NCBI GenBank assembly: GCA_963692865.2
Contig: OY843592.1
Coordinates: 192,001-256,000 of the forward strand
DNA length: 64,000 nucleotides
Reading direction: 5' to 3'
From: a bacterium
GTDB taxonomy: Bacteria > UBA8248
Part shown: in pieces, positions 20,294-30,292 of the stretch
How positions within the stretch are numbered: position 1 is the stretch's first letter
Layout: every line of letters starts with the position of its first letter
Notes under the pieces: generated by a model
What the model was told of the DNA's origin: nothing
What the model saw: the letters and a program-made list of their open reading frames with translations, nothing else
Databases searched by the model: none
Made by a program: the position numbers and the translations under genes

Positions 20294-20638
20294 ATGAGCG
20301 ACAAGAATCCATCCCCGTACGCCCGGGCCCTCGTCCTGGCGGGACCTGGCCTCGCACTCCTCGCCACAATTCTCTCCCTCGCGTCCGGGAGCGGTCTCCG
20401 CCTCCTGTGGGCCGTCTGGTTCTGTGCGGCTCTCTGGTGCCTTCTCACGGCCCTTCCATGCGTCCTGTGGCGGGGGTTCCGGGGCGGGGACTGGACCGCC
20501 TTCACCCGCTACCGGCTCCCCGGCGGGCGCGGCGAGCGTTTCGACTGGTCGACACGGACAGGCCGCTACGCCTGGCGCCGGGAGATCGAAGACCAGGAGC
20601 TTCACGCCCACGATCCGGACGCACCCTTCCCGCCGTAA
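20294..20638 (+). CDS. Small membrane hypothetical protein
   Basis: GGAGG RBS, two hydrophobic segments, element-like codon usage. Confidence 0.6.
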   Translation: MSDKNPSPYARALVLAGPGLALLATILSLASGSGLRLLWAVWFCAALWCLLTALPCVLWRGFRGGDWTAFTRYRLPGGRGERFDWSTRTGRYAWRREIEDQELHAHDPDAPFPP

Positions 20639-20758
20639 AAGGCCTCCGGCCCGCTCCGCGCCGGCGAGAGGCGGAGCCTGGCCGGGAGGAGGCGCGGCCG
20701 GGCGTCCGGGAGAGGGCGTTCTTCGCCGCCATCATCCACCCACCCAAGGAGGCGCGCG

Positions 20759-21055
20759 ATGCGGAAACCAAAACCACAGGCGAACACTTTCCTCACCCAT
20801 CTCCTCAGCCAGGGCCTGGCGGACGAGCGATACGAGGTACGGCGCTACAAATCGACCGGGGGTGAAGTCCGTCCCGTGCCCGCAGGCGAGAAGGGCGGGC
20901 GCAGGAGGAAGCGCGTGACGGCATCGCGCCGTGCGGTCCGCGAGATGCGGCCTGCGCGGGACGAGCTCATCGTCTGCACGGGGCTCAAGGTCCCCGGCAG
21001 CGGGCTGCAACTCTGGGGCGAGCATCTCGTGTGGGGCAAGATGCTGTGCCGGTGA
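20759..21055 (+). CDS. Small basic hypothetical protein
   Basis: AAGGAGG RBS; GC3-rich ORF. Confidence 0.5.
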   Translation: MRKPKPQANTFLTHLLSQGLADERYEVRRYKSTGGEVRPVPAGEKGGRRRKRVTASRRAVREMRPARDELIVCTGLKVPGSGLQLWGEHLVWGKMLCR

Positions 21056-21142
21056 GGAAGTCCCCCTGGGGAGGGCTTCCACCCGCAAGACGTCTTGCCG
21101 GCCCGGCGCCGGCCGCCGGACTTCCAACACACGGAGGAAACC

Positions 21143-21955
21143 ATGCCCCACAAGAACCTGGATAGAAGACGCGCTTTCGAGCGCGAACGCCACAGGCGGC
21201 GGACGGCCGAACGCAAGGAGATGGGCCTTTGTCCAAAATGCGGCAGGAGAAACCCTGCGCCCGGGCGAAGTCTCTGCGAGGTCTGCCTCGAAAAAGGACG
21301 CAAGTCCGAGCAAGCCCGTTACGTCAGAGCCAGGGCAGAGGGCGCTCGATACGGCGGGCGCGATCCAGAGAGCCGCCGCCGCATGGCGCGGGAGCGGAAC
21401 AAAAGACGCAGGAGCGAACGCAGGGAGGCGGGACTCTGCACCGGTTGCGGAAAAGTTCCTCCCGTCGATGGAGGCGCCGTCTGCGAGACCTGCCGCGAAG
21501 AACGCCGGGCGGCCGAGAGAAAGCTCTACGCCGAAAGGCGCGCGCGGGGGCGCTGCGGCCGGTGCGGGGCGGAAGTCATCGGCAACGCCTCGACGTGCGC
21601 CTCGTGCGCCGCAAGGGACATGAAACGCCGTCCGCGCAAGAACGCCGCGAGCCGGGCGCGATATCATGCAAGGCGCGCCCTCGGGGCGTGTGTTGACTGC
21701 GGCGCCGATGCGGACGCAGGGGTGAGATGCGCGAGCTGCGCTCGCCGCTCGTATCTCTCCTCGGGCGAGCACAAGGGACTTCCCCTCTACCCGCCGCGCT
21801 ACACCGTCGTCGAGCTCGCCACGGGCGTCGAGCACGGCCCCCTCGACTCCTGGGAGGAGGTAGCGATGTGCCTCGCCTTCGCGAAGCTCTCGCGGGAGGA
21901 AGTCGAGATCGTTTCCGACGTGCCCCTCATGCCCACCATCGCTGCCTGGGAGTGA
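21143..21955 (+). CDS. Arg-rich protein with four CxxC-x(7-11)-CxxC zinc-ribbon repeats
   Basis: GGAGG RBS before ATG 21143; CPKC/CEVC, CTGC/CETC, CGRC/CASC, CVDC/CASC separated by Arg-rich helices. Confidence 0.8.
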   Translation: MPHKNLDRRRAFERERHRRRTAERKEMGLCPKCGRRNPAPGRSLCEVCLEKGRKSEQARYVRARAEGARYGGRDPESRRRMARERNKRRRSERREAGLCTGCGKVPPVDGGAVCETCREERRAAERKLYAERRARGRCGRCGAEVIGNASTCASCAARDMKRRPRKNAASRARYHARRALGACVDCGADADAGVRCASCARRSYLSSGEHKGLPLYPPRYTVVELATGVEHGPLDSWEEVAMCLAFAKLSREEVEIVSDVPLMPTIAAWE

Positions 21956-22608
21956 GCGCGGGCGGCCGCGCCTGCACGTGCCGCCGTCCGCCCGCCGGCG
22001 GGGGGCAGGCCCGACCAGGAAGGAAGGGTTCGGCGCCGTCCTGCTGCGCTGCCGGCCCGCCGTCGAGGGTACGTATCGCCGACTTGTCGGCCGCGGGGGG
22101 TGCCAGCCGGACTCGGGGCTGCCGCGCGAGCCGTCGCCGTCGCTCCGGACCGGGGGGCCGCGCCCGCCCGTACGGTCGGCCAGTCGAACTCGCCACCGGC
22201 GACGAAGGCGCCGGGCGCAATCCCGGCCCGCCAGGCGGCACGGAGCCAACCCGGTTTCCATCGTCTCCGGCATCCCGTCGCCGGCAGCGCCGACGACCAA
22301 CCCCACCGGCGGTGACAAGAACACCGCTGCCCGAATCCCGCGCCTCCCGATGCGTCTCCCTATTCCCACACCTCGTCCAACCAAAACCCGGACCGGGGGC
22401 GCGCCCGCCTGGCGCCCGGTCCCATCCATTTCCGGTTCGACCCGGCGGGAGACGGAGGCCGTTCACGCTCCGTGGGCAGTCCCTCACCGGATGAGTACCT
22501 CCCCGGGAGAGTGAGAGCGAAGCGGGGAGCCGGGCAAAGGCCCGGCAGGGGAGAGGGAGACGGTCTCCCGGTCCCGCCGCCGGCGACAACCCCGAGAGGA
22601 GGCTGGCC

Positions 22609-22743
22609 ATGTACGAGAACGACTACGACGTCGACGTTCCCACCCCGGACGAACTGCTCGCGGAACTAGGGCTCGACGCGTACACGATCAGGAAGATCCG
22701 CGACGAGGCGCAAGGCGAGGCGGAGGAGTTCTGCAGCGTCTAG
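22609..22743 (+). CDS. Small acidic 44-aa protein (not in ORF track)
   Basis: GAGGAGG RBS, then MYENDYDVDVPTPDELLAELGLDAYTIRKIRDEAQGEAEEFCSV*. Confidence 0.55.
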   Translation: MYENDYDVDVPTPDELLAELGLDAYTIRKIRDEAQGEAEEFCSV

Positions 22744-22819
22744 GGCGAACCGGGGGGGTGGAGAAAGGCTCTCTCCCTCCCTTCAGTTTTTCACACTCAC
22801 ACCACGAAGGAGAATTAAA

Positions 22820-23266
22820 ATGGCATTCGGACTCAACAGGGCGGAACTGATCGGGCGTCTCGGCGCCGACGTCACCATCAACCACCTCGCGAGCGGGGGA
22901 CGCGTCGCCAACCTCTCGATCGCCACGGACGAGGGCTACGTCGACAAGCAGAGCGGCGACCGGGTGGAGAAGACCGAGTGGCACCGGATCGTGACCTTCC
23001 AGCCGGGCCTGGTGGATATGTTCGAAAAGCACGCGAAGAAGGGCCGCCTGGTCTACGTCGCGGGCAAGCTCCAGACCCGCCGCTGGAAGAAGGACGAGGA
23101 GGACTCCGATCGGTTCTCGACCGAGATCCTCATCGCGCCGGGCGGACGAGTCCAGTTCCTGGACAAGGTGAACGGGAACGGCAATGGCAACGGTAACGGC
23201 GCGCACGCCGAGACGGCTGACGTGGTGGCCACCGCGGAGGTAGCCGGGCAAGACATTCCATTCTGA
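22820..23266 (+). CDS. ssb: Single-stranded DNA-binding protein
   Basis: LNRAELIGRLGAD, TEWHRIV, KGRLVYVAGKLQTRRW, C-terminal DIPF. Confidence 0.95.
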   Translation: MAFGLNRAELIGRLGADVTINHLASGGRVANLSIATDEGYVDKQSGDRVEKTEWHRIVTFQPGLVDMFEKHAKKGRLVYVAGKLQTRRWKKDEEDSDRFSTEILIAPGGRVQFLDKVNGNGNGNGNGAHAETADVVATAEVAGQDIPF

Positions 23267-23272
23267 TCACTC

Positions 23273-23304
23273 GGGGGGTCGGCGCCATGCGCTGGCCCCC
23301 TTTC
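23273..23304 (+). terminator. Probable intrinsic terminator after ssb
   Basis: GGGGGTCGGCGC-CAT-GCGCTGGCCCCC followed by TTT. Confidence 0.55.
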
Positions 23305-23855
23305 ATTATGCTCCGGATCCCGAGGAAGTCCGCCACGCCCCGAACACCCTCTCCCGCCTTGTCGACCCCCCTTATCTACAGGGAACTCCCGGTAAATCTC
23401 CGGTTCCGCGAACGATGAACCGTGTTCCCGGAAAATCGGCAGGCGCCTGCGATCATCCCATATTCAGGAGAGTGGCTCGATCTACCCCCCGCTGCGGGAA
23501 TTCCGGGCCGGAAAAGACGGCCCGAAATGACCCTCTCCGCAGCATGAGAGACTGTTTCCCGATGAGCTTCGCCTTCATCGTGAAACCCAAAGGCTCCTGT
23601 GTCCCGGTGGCGACACTACCCTCTCTCTCTTAGCGTCCCCATTTTAGCACGCACAGCGCGGGGTCAAGGGTGCTTTTGCAAAAGACGCAAAAGCATCTTT
23701 TTTTCAGAAAAAATCGGTGAAGCGTGGATTTTTTCCGCTGCGCGCCCTCCGGGTGAAAAAAAGACTGAAAACCGCCCCGGACGCCCGCGCCTAACACGTG
23801 CTGAAAATGGGGCGCCAAGAAGCGCATCCGTTAACTCTCTGGAAAGGAGAAAGGC

Positions 23856-24230
23856 ATGGATACCACCGTGGTGAATTTGAACGAATATGTTGCACCGCAG
23901 TTCGGAGGTGGCTTGCTGGTCAGGATCGACCGCAGGACCAAGTGGGGAAACCCCTTCCGGGTCGGCACAGACGGCGACCGTGACGCCGTGATCGAAAAAT
24001 ACCGGCGATGGCTGTGGGAAAAAATCCAGAACGAGGAGGTGGATCTCTACCAACTCGCCGACCTCCACGGCTGCGAGCTCGGCTGCCACTGCCATCCCCT
24101 CCCGTGCCACGGCGACGTCCTCGCCCGCGCCGCTGAGTGGGCGGCCAAATACCTCGACGAAATGCCCAGGGAAGTGGGGCGCAACGAGCGCGGCTACGCG
24201 CTGCCCGAATTCAACCATCCCCTCGCTTGA
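23856..24230 (+). CDS. DUF4326-like protein
   Basis: RIDRRTKWGNPF...LGCHCHPLPCHGDVL. Confidence 0.85.
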   Translation: MDTTVVNLNEYVAPQFGGGLLVRIDRRTKWGNPFRVGTDGDRDAVIEKYRRWLWEKIQNEEVDLYQLADLHGCELGCHCHPLPCHGDVLARAAEWAAKYLDEMPREVGRNERGYALPEFNHPLA

Positions 24231-24280
24231 GGACAACCGAACCACTGGCTGAAAAACCCAATCACTGAAAGGAGTGAACG

Positions 24281-25234
24281 ATGACTGCCACACACGACCG
24301 CAAGGAGATGATCATGAACGAGCACACGGAACACGAAGCGCAGAACGAATCCTTCACCGCCATGGTCTGCGAGCAGGCCGCCCTGTTCGGCGCGACGCCG
24401 GGGCCCGACGAGTTCGACAACCGCCCCGTATGGGACGAGGCCGAGGCCACCGACGCCGTCATCAGAGCCTTCCACCTGGTGGCCGAGGCAGCGCCCGACG
24501 GAACACAGCTTGCGGATGAGCGGGCGAGCCTCCTCTGGGGCTTCGTCAACACCCTCGACGCGCAGACACAGCGCCTCGACCGCGCCGCCGACAGGCTCAT
24601 CCCCGGCATCCGCGAACTCCAGCGCGAGCAGGACGGCTCCGAGATCAGGTCCCGTGAACTCGAACTCGCGACCGACAGGGCCAACAACCTCACGGAACGC
24701 AGGGACGCCTTCGAGCAACTCAGGGACGCCGCCGCAGAGGCCTACCGCGCCGAGACCGGCGAGGTATGGCGGCCGAGGCGCGGCTCGCACGTCAGCCAGA
24801 CCGGCAAGCTCACCTCCGCCGTCATCGAGGCGCGCGACTTCCAACGGGCGAGAAAGGACCGCGCGAACACCGCGCACCTCCCCCAGGGAACCCTCGTCGC
24901 CGTCGCGGGAGGAAAGGAGTCGACCGATGCGGGAAAAATCATCGCGCATCTCGACAAGGTCAAGGCCAAGTACGCCGACGTCGTTCTCGTCCACGGCGGC
25001 GGTCCCGGCGCGGAGAAGATTGCGGCGGGATGGGCCGAGCGGAACGGCGTCCACCAGATCGTCTGCAAGCCCGACTGGGACGCCCATGGCCGGGCCGCTC
25101 CCTTCCGCAGGAACGATGAGCTGCTCAACCTCCTGCCCAAGGGCGTGATCGCGTTCCCGGGTTCTGGCATCACCGACAACCTCGTCGACAAGGCGAAAAC
25201 CCTCGGCATTCCCGTCCAGAAAATCGCCGCATGA
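24281..25234 (+). CDS. DUF2493-like (SLOG fold) plasmid/ICE protein
   Basis: VAVAGG, VLVHGGGPGAE, AAPFRRN..L, IAFPGSG in the C-terminal domain. Confidence 0.8.
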   Translation: MTATHDRKEMIMNEHTEHEAQNESFTAMVCEQAALFGATPGPDEFDNRPVWDEAEATDAVIRAFHLVAEAAPDGTQLADERASLLWGFVNTLDAQTQRLDRAADRLIPGIRELQREQDGSEIRSRELELATDRANNLTERRDAFEQLRDAAAEAYRAETGEVWRPRRGSHVSQTGKLTSAVIEARDFQRARKDRANTAHLPQGTLVAVAGGKESTDAGKIIAHLDKVKAKYADVVLVHGGGPGAEKIAAGWAERNGVHQIVCKPDWDAHGRAAPFRRNDELLNLLPKGVIAFPGSGITDNLVDKAKTLGIPVQKIAA

Positions 25235-25897
25235 TGCGGGCGCTCAACGGGTCGCGTCGCAGCACCTTAACTGCGGCGCGGCCCGTTCTTGTCTTCCTCC
25301 GCTTGTGAATTGAAGCGCAAGCCACGACGCCTCGAATGCCCTCCGCTTGTGAATCCAGGCGCAAGTTCCGGCGCTCTCACTCTCCGTTGCCCTGCGCCTC
25401 CTCTCGCTCAATCGCCGCGACGGCTCCCGTTCGCCATTCTCGCCGGCAAGAATCCCCCAGTCGTTCGTTCCCGAAAATCCCTCCACCTGACGCCCTGCGG
25501 CGGCTCGTTCAGTACACCGGAACGCAGCGGGCTGCAAGGGGTCCGGCATGCGACGGCCGGGCTGCTGTTTCGTACCCTGGCGACGACACGGGACGCCCAG
25601 GGGCATAGCGGATCGAGCGTATTTCATAGAGCATACGGACTTCTTCTTATCCCTGCGGGCGCATGGCTGCGCATGTCGCGCACGGATACCGGGTGCGTCG
25701 CAAAATGGTGGCGCACCGTAACACGATGTGTTACGGAGTGTATTCCGATCGGAATACGGACGGACCTGCGCTGCGCCATGACGGCCACCAGTCTGGTATC
25801 TCATGAATCAGGGCATTTTGAGGATGAATGCGCTCGAAATATAGCGACCCGATACAAGGAAACGCGATTTTTCCGGCCCATTTTACGAGCGAGCAGG

Positions 25898-26277
25898 GTG
25901 AAAATCCTCACGAAAGAAGCGGCAAAACCGATTACCCGGACGATACAAAAGAACACCAGAGTGAAGTCGGAGCAGTGGAGGCACTTCGAAAAAGAGGCGG
26001 AAAAGCACGACAAATCACCCAATCAGTTCGTGGTCGAACTCGTCATAGAAGCCTTGGAACGGCGGGAATGACCCCGAACGGAGGCGGGAATCCACTGTTG
26101 CGATCATCCATGTTCACCACGCAGGCCATCATTCGCTATATTGAAAGGAACGGACGCGAGGATGAAATCAGGCAAATCAGCAGGAACATTTCCGAAGTCG
26201 CGCCGGAATTGCAGGGGAAATCAGCGAATGGCGCGCGGGATTTGACGGATTTGACAAGTGGGGATATGCATGAATAA
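25898..26277 (+). pseudogene. Disrupted ribbon-helix-helix-like (relaxosome accessory/CopG-type) protein
   Basis: KNTRVKSEQW...SPNQFVVELVIEAL, then TGA at 26069 and a frameshift into LLRSSMFTTQAI...APELQ. Confidence 0.4.
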
Positions 26278-26364
26278 AGTCGCTGATATCGGGAAGGACA
26301 AAGTAGCTGATGTATCTCGTAGTCTTGCGTTTACTCCCGAACCGTTCGATCAAAGTAACAATTG

Positions 26365-28650
26365 TCAGGCTGGTTCTATAGCTGCTTTTCGTTTTCGGGC
26401 AATACATATGGCTTCATAAGGCACTTCCCAATTGTCGATGCACCTCCCGAAGACACAGCACTCTTCTGATAGTGATTGCTCCAGAGCTTCGGATGCTAGT
26501 TGTTCCATAATTGTTCTATGGGTAGGACGCAATTCGTCTGGATACAAATAGAAGATCAACCGCGCTTTCCGATCCTTCTTCGGCTGGATTTGTAAGGAAT
26601 TTAGATGTGTTGGGTCGTGATAGTTTTTCCGGACCATCCCCTTCAGTTTGGCGAGGGCTTTTTCCAACTCCCGTTGTTCGGCATAGTCGGCTAAGTTGAG
26701 AAGATGCAAGCTAGCTATGGTCCACCCTTCTGGGCGTTTTTTAGATAGTCGCTCGATTATAGTGTTGAAAAGTGGTCGAAGCTTGATTCTGGGTTTGGGT
26801 AATTTCACACCAGCATCGCGTGAATTGTAATAGTGATCAATCGGTTCCGACAGTCCTGTGGCTACGAAAGCATCATTGTTCTTATCGAGCTCTGCCAGAT
26901 TGAAACCTGTTTCCAGGTAAAGTCCAAGAAAATCCATTTCATCGCCGATGATGTCGAATGACTTTTGCAAGAACCTCCTCTCACTCAGATAGTGGAGAAC
27001 GAAGACCGGATTATCGAGAATATCAACGAGGCATATGAAGTCTGCGATAGAAATCGTAGGCGCAAGGTCGTGATCGACGGGAATCCATCCAATCCGCTTG
27101 AATTCACCTTCTGCCGAGCTAAGAATCGAAAGATCATCAAGAGTAACCGATAGTCTGATGACGCGATCAACCTTGAATGGGTCAATGCCTAATTCTCTCA
27201 CGGTCGTTCTTGCTTTTTCATCACCGTTTTGCGCATCAACGATGAGTTTTTCCAGACGGCTTGACTGCACCGAGGGTTCCAGGACTAGTTCTTGGATATG
27301 CCTCTTCACGCGGTCAGGCGCACCTCTCAACCCCTCAGGAGTCAACCGACTCGATTTCGCTTCGGCAATGACAACCATCCTGTCAATTATTGCAAGGGAA
27401 TCATTTTCAAATTCCTGATTATCCCACCGCCATTTCAAGTTAGTGCTGATAGTGGCGCCAGGCAACGCGGTCTTAAGGACCTCACCGAGTTTTGACTCTA
27501 AAAAACGTGCGCGTGCCCTCTCAAGCTCTTTTTGCAAACCTGCTGTCTCACCCAGTTTGGCTATTATTGGATGTATATGACTGAAAAATGCTTGCGGCAT
27601 AGGGATGAAAAAGCTCTCTCCGAGATCGATACTTGGTGCGACCCATACCGGATTATTGAGAAACAGATACTCGGGTTTGGTATCCACGAGGCTTTCCAGC
27701 GGCAATGAAATTGCCCTTAAGATTGTTTCCACCATTTCTGGGGCGTGCCCTGTCAGCGTAGCGACCTCATCACTGTGATAGGTCGAACATTCATGAAGGC
27801 GAATATCCAGATGAGCCATCAAGAAGCCAAGCATGCCTTTCCGCTTAATCCCAGGTGGTAGCGCCGCGATCATTTCTTCAGGATTACCGATGAGATCCGG
27901 CACGTTCTTGTAGTAAAGCCTGGCCATTTGGCGAATATTTTTGCCGCGTTGAATTTTCTGTAAAATACGGAAATGTTCGTTAACTCGACGTTTGTATTCG
28001 GCAAAGACGGACTCCATCAATCGTACAAGGTCACTGATACTGAATCCATGGTGGGCCGAGAAATCTTCATCGAGTGCTCCATATAGCTCGGTTGTGATCT
28101 TAACAACTTCGCTGAAATAACCCCAATTGCGGACTGCATGTGTGTGAAACCGGATGCGCTCTTGAAGATATAGAATAGCTATTTTCTCTTCATCTTTAAC
28201 CTTCTGCCCCGCAAGGACACGCTGGAAGAAAAACGTCTCTGACAACTTTGGTGCGATGTCGAATACTGTCTGCATAACATCAGGGGTCAAAGGCTCCTTG
28301 CCCCACTCCTCTAACGGAATGGTCAGCAACACCGCTTGGAGTAACTCGGCATGATATTGTTCAATGTTTGGAAGAGCTTTTTGGTGATTACCATTATTGG
28401 TGACATTTTTCAGGAGACCATAAGTGGCGAACGATGCCATAATACCCAAGGGGTGACTTTGCCGAAATTGCTTTCTCACGCTCTCAAGCATTTCAGGAAA
28501 TTCGGCAACGCTATTCGCTGCAGTCTCTAGAATCGCGGTTTTAAACTTCTCAGGATCGCTCGGAGGATTAACGGTAGAAAACTTGATTGTGGGATCTTTC
28601 GGTCTGCGCACACGAGTTCGTTGTCGACGTTTTTTGTTCTTCTTTTTCAT
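26365..28650 (-). CDS. Large protein with internal PD-(D/E)XK/NERD-like nuclease motif; candidate defence protein
   Basis: RARFLE...EFENDSLAIIDRMVVIAEAKS; AT-rich, 761 aa. Confidence 0.7.
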   Translation of the reverse strand: MKKKNKKRRQRTRVRRPKDPTIKFSTVNPPSDPEKFKTAILETAANSVAEFPEMLESVRKQFRQSHPLGIMASFATYGLLKNVTNNGNHQKALPNIEQYHAELLQAVLLTIPLEEWGKEPLTPDVMQTVFDIAPKLSETFFFQRVLAGQKVKDEEKIAILYLQERIRFHTHAVRNWGYFSEVVKITTELYGALDEDFSAHHGFSISDLVRLMESVFAEYKRRVNEHFRILQKIQRGKNIRQMARLYYKNVPDLIGNPEEMIAALPPGIKRKGMLGFLMAHLDIRLHECSTYHSDEVATLTGHAPEMVETILRAISLPLESLVDTKPEYLFLNNPVWVAPSIDLGESFFIPMPQAFFSHIHPIIAKLGETAGLQKELERARARFLESKLGEVLKTALPGATISTNLKWRWDNQEFENDSLAIIDRMVVIAEAKSSRLTPEGLRGAPDRVKRHIQELVLEPSVQSSRLEKLIVDAQNGDEKARTTVRELGIDPFKVDRVIRLSVTLDDLSILSSAEGEFKRIGWIPVDHDLAPTISIADFICLVDILDNPVFVLHYLSERRFLQKSFDIIGDEMDFLGLYLETGFNLAELDKNNDAFVATGLSEPIDHYYNSRDAGVKLPKPRIKLRPLFNTIIERLSKKRPEGWTIASLHLLNLADYAEQRELEKALAKLKGMVRKNYHDPTHLNSLQIQPKKDRKARLIFYLYPDELRPTHRTIMEQLASEALEQSLSEECCVFGRCIDNWEVPYEAICIARKRKAAIEPA

Positions 28651-29087
28651 GTCAGTATTTCACCATGTAGGTTTTAACGTGTTCGCACAATGCAGAAATT
28701 GGCAATTCTGACATTGTCAACGCTGAGCCATTGCAATCATTCCCCGCTTCCATAAATTAGTTCCACCAAATCTAAAACGCGGGCCGTCGTAAGTCACGGA
28801 TATACTCGATTCACGAGTGTTCTGGAAGGACAGTTTTCCGCAGATTGTAAACGTGCGGGTATTAGGAAGCCACGCTCCGCTTGTCACCGTCGACCAGCAC
28901 TAATAGTGATTCCGACTTCGAGGCAGACAATATGACGTTACGGCCTGACCGGCGGTAAACACAGATGACCTCGTCGGGTCAGAGGTTTGAACAGAGCCGT
29001 TTTGGGAACACTTTCAGGCTATAAGCCGGACATTCAGGCAGTCTGCCTTAGATAACGGTCCGCTCCGCAATCGCCACTGCACAATCT

Positions 29088-30131
29088 CTAAACCAACAAT
29101 GCTCGACTACATGACGTCATTACATCAATCAGTTTCGCGGCCGTTTCATTAACCTCCTGCCTATCCTCTGAGAATCCTAACAGTCGCACGGGTGAATCAT
29201 TCATCTCCCGAGGTGGCATTTGAGGCATTAGGGGTGGCATTTGAGGCATTAGGCTTCCGAGAAGCTTGGCAGCTCGTTGATTGTCATTGAACTGCGCCCT
29301 TAAAGTTCGTCGCAAACCCGAGGCTAATAAATCAGCTATTTGAACACCTTGACTCTGCAACGAGTCAACAAATTCTATATCCTCTCCGATCAATTTTCCG
29401 ATGTTTAATTTGTCAGAGTCTCCGGTATCTATGCCATAAGAGGTCTTGAGATAGGTGGGAGCTCCGCCCTTTGGATATTCAAACCGCTTAAAAGCACTAT
29501 AGTCTTCTTTCTCCAGAATTATCATGGGGTTTCTCAGGGAAAAACTTTGCAAAAACGCAGGCGTTAGTATCTCAAATGCTTTTTCATACTTGGTTTTAGT
29601 TGAGTTTTTCTGATCTATTCGCCACCGGAATTTTCCAAGTTCATTCGGAAACCGTTGCACAAAATAGAAAACTCCATAACGTATAATTGTCTCGATCAAG
29701 ATGACTTGGCATTGTAATTGAATATACAACTGCGGTGAGAGATTCCGAACTTGATCGGAGAGGTCCCTCAATGCTTGTCGGCCGGATTCATATCGCATTC
29801 CATTTACATATCTGACAATTCTTTCTGCCTGGATGTTTCTATGCTTCTTTATTTGAGAAGTACTATTTAAACCCGCGTCGGTTGCTACAGAAAAAAGAAC
29901 ACCGTGCAATTGGCCAAGATGATTAAGGAAGTCGAAATAATTTCCTTCATTCAGATCCCTGAGTTTGATTTCATCTGAATGGCAAGTACCTGCATTTTTT
30001 TGCAGGTCAACCAAGGCTTGCTGAACTCGACTCCAATCGCATTCCGGCATCATGTAACTAACGATGACGTTCCAAGAATCCCGTTTCCGCGCGTTCACAA
30101 ACGATCCTGATTCGTCAATAAAAACATACAT
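29088..30131 (-). CDS. DUF3800 family (RNase H-like fold) protein
   Basis: MYVFIDESGS at the N-terminus; DS...VQIADLLA near the C-terminus. Confidence 0.8.
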   Translation of the reverse strand: MYVFIDESGSFVNARKRDSWNVIVSYMMPECDWSRVQQALVDLQKNAGTCHSDEIKLRDLNEGNYFDFLNHLGQLHGVLFSVATDAGLNSTSQIKKHRNIQAERIVRYVNGMRYESGRQALRDLSDQVRNLSPQLYIQLQCQVILIETIIRYGVFYFVQRFPNELGKFRWRIDQKNSTKTKYEKAFEILTPAFLQSFSLRNPMIILEKEDYSAFKRFEYPKGGAPTYLKTSYGIDTGDSDKLNIGKLIGEDIEFVDSLQSQGVQIADLLASGLRRTLRAQFNDNQRAAKLLGSLMPQMPPLMPQMPPREMNDSPVRLLGFSEDRQEVNETAAKLIDVMTSCSRALLV

Positions 30132-30292
30132 GAATGACACCTCACGCCCTTGATGAGAACATTGAACTACCGTCTAGCTGAGGTAGAACTGGCTCTAGAA
30201 CTAAATTCCAGAAATACTTCAATTGTGTTGTATTAAGCCTGCGATTTATATTCGCCTTAAATCTTACAAGCAGACCTAGCACAGGATTCTTT

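Noticed and set aside
26069-26071. In-frame TGA as selenocysteine in the RHH-like gene
   Set aside because: No redox context, likely a Trp codon mutation, and accompanied by a frameshift.
25289-26071. 260-aa ORF
   Set aside because: Most of it spans repeat/hairpin non-coding sequence; only the last ~57 codons look protein-like.
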